From positions 62,806,001 to 62,870,000 of the forward strand of contig OZ024743.1 of the NCBI GenBank assembly GCA_964016885.1: a DNA stretch of 64,000 nucleotides, in the 5' to 3' direction. Positions 43,784 to 54,927 of this stretch are shown here, piece after piece. The notes beneath the pieces are model-generated. The model saw only the letters and a program-made list of their open reading frames with translations. It had not been told where the DNA came from and did not search any database. The DNA is from Eledone cirrhosa (Eukaryota). Position 1 is the stretch's first letter. Each line of letters starts with the position of its first letter. Made by a program: the position numbers and the translations under genes.

Positions 43784-45066
43784 ATGGGTAGAAATAACAA
43801 AATTGCCATGGTGATATCCATCGATGAAATATGCGACAAAACCGGCCGATGTCCCAAAATAGAACATTGCCCAGAAAATCACATCTGCCATATCTGTGCG
43901 GAACCCGAAAACTCGTTCCGTAATCGCTGGGTCGAATGTGGAACCTGTCGCATCTCTGTCTGCCTTCAATGCGCCACAGGCTTCCGGAGGATCCCAGGCC
44001 AAAAAAAGAGACATCATAATGCTATGATGGATGGAATATGGGAGATGGTCCAGCTAAAATCCTGGTCCTTTCAGTGCCTGGCCTGTGTGCCTGCCTCCAC
44101 TAATGTTATTGAAAAACAACAACAACAAAAACCAGTGACTGTGTCTTCCTCTACCATTGTTACTGAACAACGGCAAAAACCTATGACACTGGCTTCTACT
44201 GCTGTTCCTGTGGGAGAACATCAGAAACAACAACAACCCATGTCTTCCACTCCCAGTACATCTCGACACAAACAACTGGTGACTGTGTCTTCCCCTACCA
44301 TTCCCGTGGAGGAACATCATCATCACCAACAACAACAACAGCAACAACCTGCGACTGTGTCCTCCCCTGCCATTCCCGTGGAGGAACATCATCATCACCA
44401 ACAACGACAGCAGCAGCAGCAGCAGCAGCAACAACAACAACAACAACCGACCAGTACAGATTTTGCGGAACTGCAACTAATGATTTATGCTCTGAGAAGG
44501 GAAGTTGCAGGAATAGAGGCAAGCATTCGGGTAGGACCCCTTATCGGAATGCCTTGCTAAAGAATCTCCCTGTACCTCTTGCTGAAAAGACTGAAAAGAC
44601 TGCGGAATCTGCTACCCATGAAGTGATTGCCATTGGGGTACCAGAGGACAAGGCTGATCTTCAGGCATTTGCTGCCAGCTCAGCCAAAGACCTAGGCTGT
44701 GTTCCCCCAAAGGGTGCTCTCCGCCTTGGTCGACCTGGTCCCAAACCCAGACTCATCAGGCTGTCTTTTTCGGACCCCGCAGAGGCAACCTCATATCATC
44801 TGGCCTCTTCTAAAGCTGGGCGTGAAAATCGGATTACCTTCCGAACACGCCCAGGCCTACCACCCCATGTACGTCCAAAGCTACGTGCTGCAGCTTCCTT
44901 GAATCGGAACTCAGCACAAGATGAAAGTTTTAGTCTGCGTGATGATGGGCAGATCTGGAGGTTTGTCAAGGCTGGTGAAACGTGGAAGAGAGATACCAGC
45001 TGGTCTGAGTGTGATCTACCCACAATAACTGGCAATGTAAAAACTGCTACAACTCTGGGAAACTAA
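43784..45066 (+). pseudogene. CR1 ORF1: PHD-like finger, polyQ/H linker, coiled coil, RRM-like/CTD; one frameshift at ~44520
   Basis: CHIC-x13-CGTC-x4-C-x2-C...CLAC; DFAELQLMIYALRREVAGIE; then in the shifted frame TPYRNALLKN, IAIGVPE, RLGRPGPKPRLIRLSF, ending GN*. Confidence 0.82.
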
Positions 45067-47888
45067 ACCAGAACAACCTGCCACCCTCTACACACCATCA
45101 TAAACTGCGAGCAGGGTACAAATTGTTGTCCTTAAATGCTCGCAGTTTATACAACAAGATACATCTGTTCGAATCCTACGTGAGAAGCATCGACCCTGAC
45201 TTCATCACAGTCACGGAAACATGGGCACATTCCTTACTCTGTGATGGGGTTTTCAGCATTACTGGGTACAACCTTTTCCGCAAGGACCGCATTAACCGCC
45301 GTGGTGGTGGTGTGATGGTCTACGTTCGTTCAAACTTTTCAGTAATTCCTTGCGTTGATTTGAACGAATCACAGGAAGAAGTTTTTTTCTGTGATATACG
45401 TATGACCATGTCAACACTTCTGCTTGGTGTTGTTTATCGCCCCCCAAACTACCATCAGGACACACAGCTTTGCGATATCCTCAGAGTTGCTGCCAAAAAA
45501 ACAGCCACTTATGTGTTTATTGCAGGTGACTTCAATCATCCAGAGATCGATTGGGAAACCTTTCGTTGGCCACAAGGTGCAAACGATTTCCTTGAACTAG
45601 TGCTGGACTCAAACTGGTCACAAGTAGTCACCTCTCCAACAAGAGGTGACAACACTTTGGACCTGATCTTCACCACTACTCCTGAAGTGGTTATCAGTTG
45701 TACTACTGAGGAACCTCTAGGCGACTCTGATCATGCTATGATCATTGCCAATCTGGCACTTGAGGGCAGCAACAAAAACCAGAGCTATCTCCAATCTGCT
45801 TGCTTTGATTGGAAGAGGGCGGATTGGAACTTCTACTGCACTGAGCTACAGCGCCCAAACTGGCATGAGATGTATAACTCTGGAGATGTGAACTCTATAC
45901 TCCAGAGCATCCTGGACTCAATATGGATAGCGTGTGCAGCATCAGTGCCACGGAAGCGGAAAAATAACCACCCCAAAAGTGCAATCTGGGAAACTTCAGC
46001 GGTCCGACTTGCCAGGAAAGAACGTCGGAACGCTGAACGGGAATATAAACTGCATAAATCAGATGCCAACAGAAAAAAGCGGAATAAATCTTCTAACCAT
46101 CTCAAGCAAGTGACAAAGAAGGCAGTGCTTGAATTTGAACAGTGCATCGCAACCAATCCTGACAGTAAGGTGTTCTGGAAATATGTTCATTCAAAGCAGA
46201 GGCCTCACTCTCCAGTTGGTCCTCTTCGCAATCCCCACACAAGCCAGATCACTGACGATCCCAAGGAATGCGCAGAACTCATTGCTGAGTGCTATGCAAG
46301 TATTTTTACTGTTGAAAACCAGAATGTACCATCTCCATCATCTCTAACATCAAATTCCATAACAACTATGGAATTTACACCTGCAATGTTGCGACGTCAC
46401 CTTAAGAATAAGCGCAACTATGCCTCCCCTGGTCTTGATGGTGTGACATACCTGCTTCTCAAACCTGGCGGGTATTTCCTTTTGCGCCAGCTTTCTTTCT
46501 TCTTTCAATACTGTCTCAACAATGGTGCTACTCCGGAGCAGTGGAAAACTGCCAGTATCATTCCCCTGTTCAAAAAGCGCAACCGCATGTCACCTGTCAA
46601 CTATCGTCCAGTCAGTCTTACTAGCTGTATGGCCAAACTGATGGAATCCTGTGTCAGAGAAACACTTTGGAACTTCTGGAGCTCTCACAGCCTCATCCGG
46701 CCCTCACAGTTTGGATTTATCCCTAACTCCAGCTGCTGTGATCAGCTTATCGAGTTCCTTGAGGACATCACCCGGATCACTGACAGCGGCTCATGGCTGG
46801 ATGTTGTTTACCTTGACTTTGCTAAGGCTTTTAATTCTGTGTCACACAAAAGACTTATGGCAAAACTCTCTGCAATGGGTGTGAGGGATGATCTTTTCGA
46901 CTGGTTGAAATCCTTCATTCTCAGCCGAAAGGAAGTAGTCACGGTTCTAGGACAGCATTCTTCACCATATGAGATGTCATCTGGTGTACCACAGGGATCT
47001 GTTCTTGGTCCTCTTTTGTTTGTGGCATATATTAATGACATAGATGCCAACTTACAGAATGCCACGGTACTAAAATATGCAGATGACATCAAGCTGTACC
47101 TTGAAATCAAAAGGACTGATCCTGAAATTTACAACTCTTTCCTACAATCAGACCTGGACACAATGCAGCAATGGATCACAGACTGGCAACTGAAGCTGGC
47201 TGTGGACAAGTGTACCACCATGCATTTTGGAAGGAAGAATCCAGCGTCCACATACTCCCTCCACAACACTGATATCAAAAAGTCCTCTTGTGAACGTGAC
47301 CTGGGCATTACTGTCAGCAACGATTTGCGTTGGACAAAGCATGTCTCTAAGATTGTCAAGAAGGCCGAGGGTGTCTTGGCATCACTCAGCAAGACCTTTG
47401 TTAGCCGCTCTCCAGCCATCTATTTAAAACTGTATACAGCTATGGTGCGACCACACTTGGAATTCGCATCATCAGTCTGAAACCCCTATCTTGCTCGGAA
47501 CATTGACCTCCTGGAAACTGTTCAGAGACGTGCAACCAAGCGCATACCCTCCATCAGACACCTACCATACTCTGAACGCCTTGCTTCCCTGGGCATGGAT
47601 TCATTGAAGCTCCGACGTCTGGCAATGGACTTGGTGAATACCCACAAAGTTTTTAACCATCTCGCCAATTGCAGCCCTGAGCGCCTCTTTGATCTCCATG
47701 TGTCTAACACACGTGGACATGCCTACAAGATCAGAAAACAGCACAGCTCCCATGACTTTCGTAGACATTTTTTCACGCTCAGAGTTGCTGAAGCATGGAA
47801 CAAACTGCCTGCGCCAATTGTTAGCTGCCGAGACACTGCATCCTTTAAGACACTCATGCTTCCCGAAATACGCCAAAACTACACCTGA
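45057..47888 (+). pseudogene. CR1 ORF2: APE + RT; no ATG before APE; one premature TGA
   Basis: LNARSL, VTETW, YRPP, AGDFN, SDH; YLDFAKAF, SGVPQGSVLGP, YADD, RDLGI. TGA at 47478-80 where the minus-strand copy near 32295 has TGG; frame continues to 47888. Confidence 0.9.
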
Positions 47889-48231
47889 TGTACCCCTTCC
47901 ATACACATGCACACATGTGAGTATCATGACTCGTGCACTTTTCATTTTACTGATGTTTGTGCATTGCCCTATGTACTGTACATGCACTTTTTTGATGAGT
48001 TGTGGTGCACCTGGGCACTGTACACAATATTTCATTATTGTTATTGTTATTATATCATGACTCATACACTGTTCATTTTCCTGACATTTGTACATTATTC
48101 TATGTACTATACATGCACCTTTGATGAGTTGTAGTGCACCTGAGCACTGTACACAATAATTTCATTATTATTATTATTATTATTATAACCATGACTTGTT
48201 TTCTAATTAACTTAAATTTGTTTTCTAATTT

Positions 48232-48247
48232 GGCCCTTTTAAAGGCC
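48232..48247 (+). promoter_or_regulatory. third histone stem-loop-like copy (GGCCCT TTTA AAGGCC ACC; one C-A mismatch)
   Basis: Same flanks as the other two copies, in inverted orientation. Confidence 0.45.
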
Positions 48248-48299
48248 ACCTATATTTTCATTTAAGTAACTCCACTTACATCGATATGCTTTATTAAAA

Positions 48300-49027
48300 T
48301 AACTGTTTCTACTTTAGGCACAAGGCCAGCAACTTTTCAATGCATTACTGGTACTTTATTTTATCGACCCCGTAAGGATGAAAGGCAAAGTCAACCTTGG
48401 CGGGATTTGAACTCAGATCGTAAAGGGACGTAACTATGCTGGAACGCATGGCGTCCGACTCTCTACGCGTGGTAATACGGAAATAAACGATGTTTACGAT
48501 TGAGAAGGTTGATGAAACTTTCACTTCTGACAGCTAATAGCATGGTAGTGCCCACGTTTCCTCTCCACAAATGTTGTATATGCTTTCATGTACTCGGGCC
48601 CGAAATAATAGGGATGTAAGGTGGAGGTGGAGCATCGGAAATTTTTCTATTGTCTCCGTTAATTTAAAAAAAAACTGAATTAGTCGTTTAGTTTACATAT
48701 TGAGATCCCCAACACATCCTTTTTATTTTATAACGTATGGGATTTCTAATAATTGTTTCTACTATAGGCACAAGGCCAGCTATTACCCAGTGCATTACTG
48801 GTACTTTATTTTATCGACCCCGTAAGGATGAAAGGCAAAGTCAACCTCGGCGGGATTTGAACTCAGATCGTAAAGGGACGTAACTATGCTGGAAAGCATG
48901 GCGTCCGACCCTCTACTGATATTGTCAATCCTTTTGGCAGCAATTATGTTAGTGCATTATTGGTGCTTTATTTTATCGACCCCTTAAGTATGAAAAGCAA
49001 AGTTAACCTCGGCGGGATTTGAACTCC
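48300..49027 (-). mobile_element. three Meta-like SINE copies (48300-48465, 48748-48930, partial 48933-49027)
   Basis: Same motifs as the other copies. Confidence 0.85.
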
Positions 49028-49261
49028 TAATAATGTACTTTTTTAATGTCGAAAGAAAATTAATTGTCGCAGGACTGCTAGCAATTAAAATAAAATTTCG
49101 CCAGAGATAGATTAGCAAAATTTAATAAGCAGGACTTGCGCCTCCGTAGTTACCGATGATGTTGATCTTTTCTTCTTTTCAGGTTATAGTTACTGTTGCT
49201 CAGAGAGTGGGATTGGCTCAATGCACAGTCTTTCCTCACTTTAAAAAAAATCTTCACGCAC

Positions 49262-50465
49262 AGGCATTGGTCTTCGTAAGTGTTCGTCCCTCTCTCTCCC
49301 CTGCTTCCTTTCCTCCACCCTGGTAAGCAGCATCCTCTCCTCTCCAGCATGGACTAGTTCCAACAGGGAGTTGGGTGAAGCTCTCCAGCAATGGAGTGAG
49401 TTGGGCTTGTCACTTCCTGAGAAGGTGGAGGACAGTCGAAGACAGAGAACTTAGGACAGCATAAGTTCGAAGGCTACCTTTGACTCCCTCTTCGTCCAGT
49501 CAGATCAGTTTGCAAGATGCCGCTTACTATCTGCCAGCGCCAAATACTCAGGCGACTGGGTTGATGCCCTACCCGTGGCCAACGTGGTGGCTTACTCAGC
49601 CTGGACGAATTTCGTGTCTCCATCGCCCTCGGAGTGGGAGCTGACGTCTGCATAAGTTTAAGGTGCTGCTGCGGCAAACTCCTCGACTCCACGGTCTTTC
49701 TTGCCGCCTGAATGCCGGCTGTTTCGCATGTCACACGGAGCTAAACCTCATCATCAAGATAGCTTTGGCCCGGGCGAACATCCCCTCAGTCTTGGAACCA
49801 CTTGCGTTGTCCAGAAGTGACGGCAAAAGACCTGACGGCCTTACCCTGTGCCCCTGGTCAAGAGGCAGGTGCCTTGTCTGGGACGTCATTGTTAGTGACT
49901 CTTTTGCTCTCTCCCACATCCTGGATGCTGCGGTTAGGACGAGAGCCACAGCTTCCGCGGCCGAGCGGAGTAAGACCCTCAAATACAGTGATCTGTCGAC
50001 CAGTTACCTTTTTCAGCCTGTGGCTTTCGAGACCTTCGGGGGAGTCGGGCCGCTGACTGCGAGGTTCATTTCTTCACTGGCGGCTCGCCTAATAGAGGTA
50101 ACTGGCGAATCTCGCGAGGGCGCTTGGCTGTTCCAGCGCATTAGCCTCGCCATCACGAGGCAACGCTGCGAGTGTGCTGGCTTGCCTCAAAAGTCATTAG
50201 AGAGGTTGCCCAGTACTCCTCGCGACGTTGTTGTCTATTGCTCTGGTGTTGGCTCGGTTGTTCACCCCTTCCTTTACATCTTCTTTACTGTTTTAAACGA
50301 GGATTTGTTTGTTTGTTTGTTTTTAGTACTGTTTGGTATTCCTTCTTAAGTTTCCACAGTTTTTTCCTCTCTTCTTTTATTTAAACATTGCCTTTTCTCC
50401 CTTCCCCTAAACCTTTCCCTTACTTTCGTTATTTAATTTTTTCCCCTCTTTCTTTTTCTTTTTGT
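49262..50465 (+). mobile_element. 5'-truncated CRE-like non-LTR retrotransposon (RLE), decayed
   Basis: GIGLRKCSSLSLPCFLSS, SGDW..ALP, HGLSC..H, LEP..DGKRPDGLTLCPWSRGRCLVWDV, KTLKY..FQPVAFETFG; T-rich 3' UTR. Confidence 0.85.
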
Positions 50466-50486
50466 TATTGCAAACATTATATAACG

Positions 50487-51316
50487 TTAAACCTGTTTGC
50501 TTGTTTACATTTTAGGTAGAAGCAGTCTAGGTTAATGTTGATGTGGAACTGTAGCAGTAATATGGATACTTTGTAATTAAATGTATTTTCCTTCGGCGGA
50601 AGAAAAATGTTACGGAAGTAAATTGGCTGAAGTGTGAGCCAATCAAAACCTTCGGCGTAGAGATACAAGTAACTGGACTACTTAGACGAGAGAACGGAAG
50701 TTAAGACAGAAGACCAGTCTCCAGAAAAATCTGCTATCGTCAAAATGCCGATTCTTCGATACGCCATATCCTGTCGTATCTCTCACATGGAAATACAGGC
50801 AAAATGAGTTTCACAGTGTGAAGCAAGAATAAATGAAGTACATATTTGTAATGGAGTTTGTCTATTTAATGCCTTCTGATCTAACGACTTACATTCTTCA
50901 TTATAGAACTTCCGGCTGGAATTTTTCAGGTTTTAACATCAATTGTTCGGATCTAATCTAGCGTCCAGTCAAGTAATCCAAATGTTGGTATTAGTACAGG
51001 CACCACAAACACATTGTGGTACATTTGATTTATTATACGCACTTGATGGCGTCCCATTTGCTTTGCGGGATCTGGACATCTACAGAGGGGAGAAGGGGTG
51101 GACGTCCGCAGAACAGAGGTGGTTCCAAGTCGCATAGACCGCCCCAAGATCCCTGATCACAGTAGGTTCTTCTATGTTGGGGAGAACTTTGGTAGTGAGT
51201 ATATGGCCAGAGGTCACCAACGAAAGAAATGTCGGCAAAGTCAGTGAAATCGAAGCCATCGTATCTTGAGGGCTAAGGTGGCATGTTGCCACCCGATGTC
51301 ATCAAACAGGGGTTAA
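50487..51316 (+). mobile_element. possible piggyBac relic
   Basis: Ends caaacaggGG|TTAA, with a weak left match ttaa-acctgtttg at 50487. Degenerate RPVK..KCWY..KHIVVHL resembles a piggyBac C-terminal motif. Weak support. Confidence 0.25.
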
Positions 51317-51614
51317 TAATAGAAATGTTATAGTCACATTTTGAATTTTAAGATTTACGAAGATACCCATATTTACGATTTTTATTTTAGCACCCGGCAA
51401 TTACCTGGGCGTATGTGAATGTGTATGTATGTGTGCGCGCGCCAGCGGCGTTCTTTGGTCTCAATATGTGTGGGAGATAGTATGTGTATATGCGCGTACG
51501 TCAGTAGCGTTCTTTTGACTATCTCTTTCTTTTAACCGTCCGCCATTTCACTCTCTGTATCTCTCTCTTAATCTCTGCTACTTACCGAACCAACCACCCA
51601 ATAAACAGCGTAAT

Positions 51615-52000
51615 CCTTACGGGTTCGATAAAATAAAGTACCAGTGACGAATTGGAATCGATTTAATCGACTTTACCCTCCCCTCAAAATTGCTGGCTTT
51701 GTGCCTGTGTTAACTTTGCCTTTCATCCTTACGGGGTCGATAAAATAAACCACCAGTAATGCACTGGGGTAATTGCTGGGCTTGTGCCAAAAGTAGGCAC
51801 ATTATTTAATAGGTGGATTGGCAGTGTCGGTAGGTGGTCGGACGCCATGCTTTGACGCATAGAGTTACGGCTCTTGTCATTCTGTGTTCAAATCCCACCG
51901 AGGTTAACTTTGCCTTTCATCCTTACGGGGTCGATAAAATAAAGTACCAGTAATGCACTGGGTATTTACTGGCCTTGTGCCAAAAGTAGAAACAATTATT
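51615..52000 (+). mobile_element. two partial and one full Meta-like SINE in tandem
   Basis: Central motif recurs at ~51615, ~51715 and ~51905. Confidence 0.85.
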
Positions 52001-53377
52001 TAATAAACTAGTACTCTAGTTTCATATATAACGCCATTGGAATCCAAGATTAATAGATATATGAACAATCATACAGACTAGGAAATTTGCATGTAATGTA
52101 TATTGTAAACTAGGAAATTTGCAATGTACATTACAAAATAAAGTACATTACTAGAAATCTCATACATTATAAAATAAACAGGATGGGTTAGGGTTTCAAT
52201 ATGTAAACTAAACGACTAAAATATCAACGGAGATAATCTTTAAAGATTACCTCCTCCCCTGAGCTTACACCCCTCCCTATTATTTGGGACCTGAGAGTTC
52301 AGGATTGAATGAATAAGTAACTTTGGAGAAACAATTATTTATAGGAACAAATGTAGAGTTAAACATAGTAGCACGTCATTGGAAAGCGAACTTCTAATTG
52401 TAATAACATGACTGAGATAGGAAATGCATTGTATGTACGAGTATGTATGTGTAAATTGTAAAGAGATACAGACGGATATATATATCTGTAGCGAAATCTG
52501 TCCGCGCCTTGAACCTTGGGTGACACCTAGAGGTCAAATTCTAGGTCACCACCCTTTTGGTGTGAACAGGTTCAGGGTGGGAGACAGGAAGCGACAGGTA
52601 TATAAGGCCTGTATCATCCTACTTTAGTCAGAGACATCGGAGCACCCCACTACAGAACAAGCTATGTGAAAGTTTCACCACTATCAACAGACCCCAGTGG
52701 TCTACAGAAAGACAGATAGATCGGAGCTCTACGATACACAATAAACTATGTAAAGATTCACCGCTATCAACAGACCCTAGAGGTCTACAGAGATACAGAG
52801 AGATCAGAGCCCTACTACTACATACCCGCTATGTGAAAGATATTCCGCTATCTACAAGCCACAGTGGTCTACAACAAAGGTTCTAAACGGGGGAGGAGGG
52901 TCATATGAACCCCCAGGGAGCGTTTCGGAACTCCAGGGAGGTGTTTGGGAGCAAGGTCACGTTAGGGGGAGGGGCGTTCGAAGCTTGGGAGGAGCTAGGA
53001 GGGGCGCTGGAAGGCTCTTTACTTTGGTAAGTTTTATAAGCCATATTTGTATGTCTTTGAGACAGCCAGTGTGAATGCATTTGAATGAGCATGCAGACAG
53101 CATAACTATAGTCTGACCGCAGGTGTGTCTGATAATTGAGACATTAACCGGTAATTGAGATCCTAAAAATGGAAAAACCCACAGTCAACTGGATCAATGA
53201 CACTTTGAACGCAGCCAGTAAGAATCTTATCTTTCCTTCACCGATAACAATGTATTTCACGTCTGAAATTATTGACTCAACTGTAACGAGTTAACACTAT
53301 GTAGATCTATTTTATTCCCCATTGTATAAATAATATTACAAATAAAAAAAAGAAAAGAAAAAAACAGAAGCGGGTAG

Positions 53378-53885
53378 CACACACATCTAGGACCACATAC
53401 AACACACAATCAGATAATACACACATCTAGGACCACATTCAACACAATCAGGTAATACATACATCTAGGACCACATACAACACATAAGGAGGTAATACAC
53501 ACATCTAGAACCACATACAATACATAAGGAGGTAATACACACATCTAGGACCACATACAACACATAAGGAGGTAATACAAACATCTAGGACCACATACAA
53601 CACATAATCAGGTAATACAAACATCTAGGACCACATTCAACACAATCAGGTAATACATACATATAGGACCATATACAACACATAAGGAGGTAATACACAC
53701 ATCTAGAACCACATACAATACATAAGGAGGTAATACACACATCTAGAACCACATACGACACATAAGGAGGTAATACATACAGGTGGGACCACATGCAATA
53801 CATAAGCAGGTAATACATACATCTAGGACTACATACAACACACAGGCAGGTAATACATACATCTAGGACCACATACAACACACAT
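53378..53885. repeat. 40-bp minisatellite, ~13 copies
   Basis: Unit acacatctaggaccacatacaacacataaggaggtaatac; register at 53461, 53501, 53541, 53581, 53621. Confidence 0.95.
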
Positions 53886-53889
53886 TGTA

Positions 53890-54927
53890 TCATGTGCTAC
53901 GTACGACGCAAGAGCAATGGTCGGCCAACTTAAGGGTTTCGTCACTCTTCTGAAGAGAGAAAATCTATCTGTATTTGCTGTTCATTGTGTCATTCATCGA
54001 CAACACTTGGCTGCGAAGAAATTCAGCAAGCCGCTGAGCAAGTCCTTGCAGGTGGCCATTGATGTCATCAATTTTATCAAATGGCATTCCCTCAATGAAC
54101 GAATTTTCCGGCAACTATGCCAAGATAATGACGAAGAATTCAAGTTGCTCCTTCATACTGAAGTGAGGTGGCTTTCAAAGGGAAAGTGCTTTACTCACTT
54201 CTTTGAACTCTTCAACTCTATCATTGAGTTTCTTCGAGGACGCAACACAAAACTGAAAGTGAGGCAAGACTGCGCCTACCTCACCGACATCTTCGACAAA
54301 TGCAATAGCGTCATTTTGGCTTTGCAGGGGAGGAAGATCACCTTGCTTAAAGCAAGGAATGCTGTGAAAACATTCCTGGCCAAATTGAATGTCATCGAAA
54401 GGAATCTTTGTTGACGGGAATTCTATAATTTTCATAGTGTCGCCAACGTTCAAAAGCGATGATCAACTCCAAATTTATACCACTCACCTCCGTGCGCTAC
54501 AAGACAACATGAGAGAACAGAACGGTTTGTCGACCTTTTGCCGATGGCCACCCCAATGTGGATAGCAGATCCCTTCATAGCTACCGTCGACTATTTGGAC
54601 GTTAAATTTCAGGAAGAATTCATTGAACTTCAAGCAGATGACATGATCAAAATTAGATTTCCCAAAATAGGTGAACCCCTTTTTGGGATGCAAGAGGAAA
54701 TTCAGCGTTGATTTCCACTCCTACATGCAGAGGCTAAGAGATTTGCTCTGCCTTTTCCAAGCTCATACTTAGCCGAGAGGAGGTTTGGTGCTGTTTCCAG
54801 ACTGCACAGTAAGTCTCGCAACCGCTACAATGTAATTACACGTGGAGATCTCTGGCTACATCGAAGGAAAATTCAGCCTCACGTCAAAGAGTTAGCTAGA
54901 CTCCATGAAGCTCAAGGGTCCTATTGA
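53890..54927 (+). pseudogene. hAT transposase, catalytic and dimerisation part
   Basis: AMVG..GF, HCVIHRQHLAAK, HTEVRWLSKGK, YLTDIF, LPFPSSYLAE..F, KSRNR; several stops and frameshifts. Confidence 0.9.

Larger units (their letters stand above)
43578..48186 (+). mobile_element. near full-length CR1-group LINE (ORF1 + ORF2)
   Basis: Two ORFs, 3' UTR with internal ~120-bp duplication, (TAT)n tail at ~48165-48186. 5' boundary approximate. Confidence 0.93.

Noticed and set aside
47478-47480. TGA in CR1 ORF2 as programmed readthrough
   Set aside because: The paralogous fragment at ~32295 has TGG (SSVWNPY); this is an ordinary nonsense mutation.
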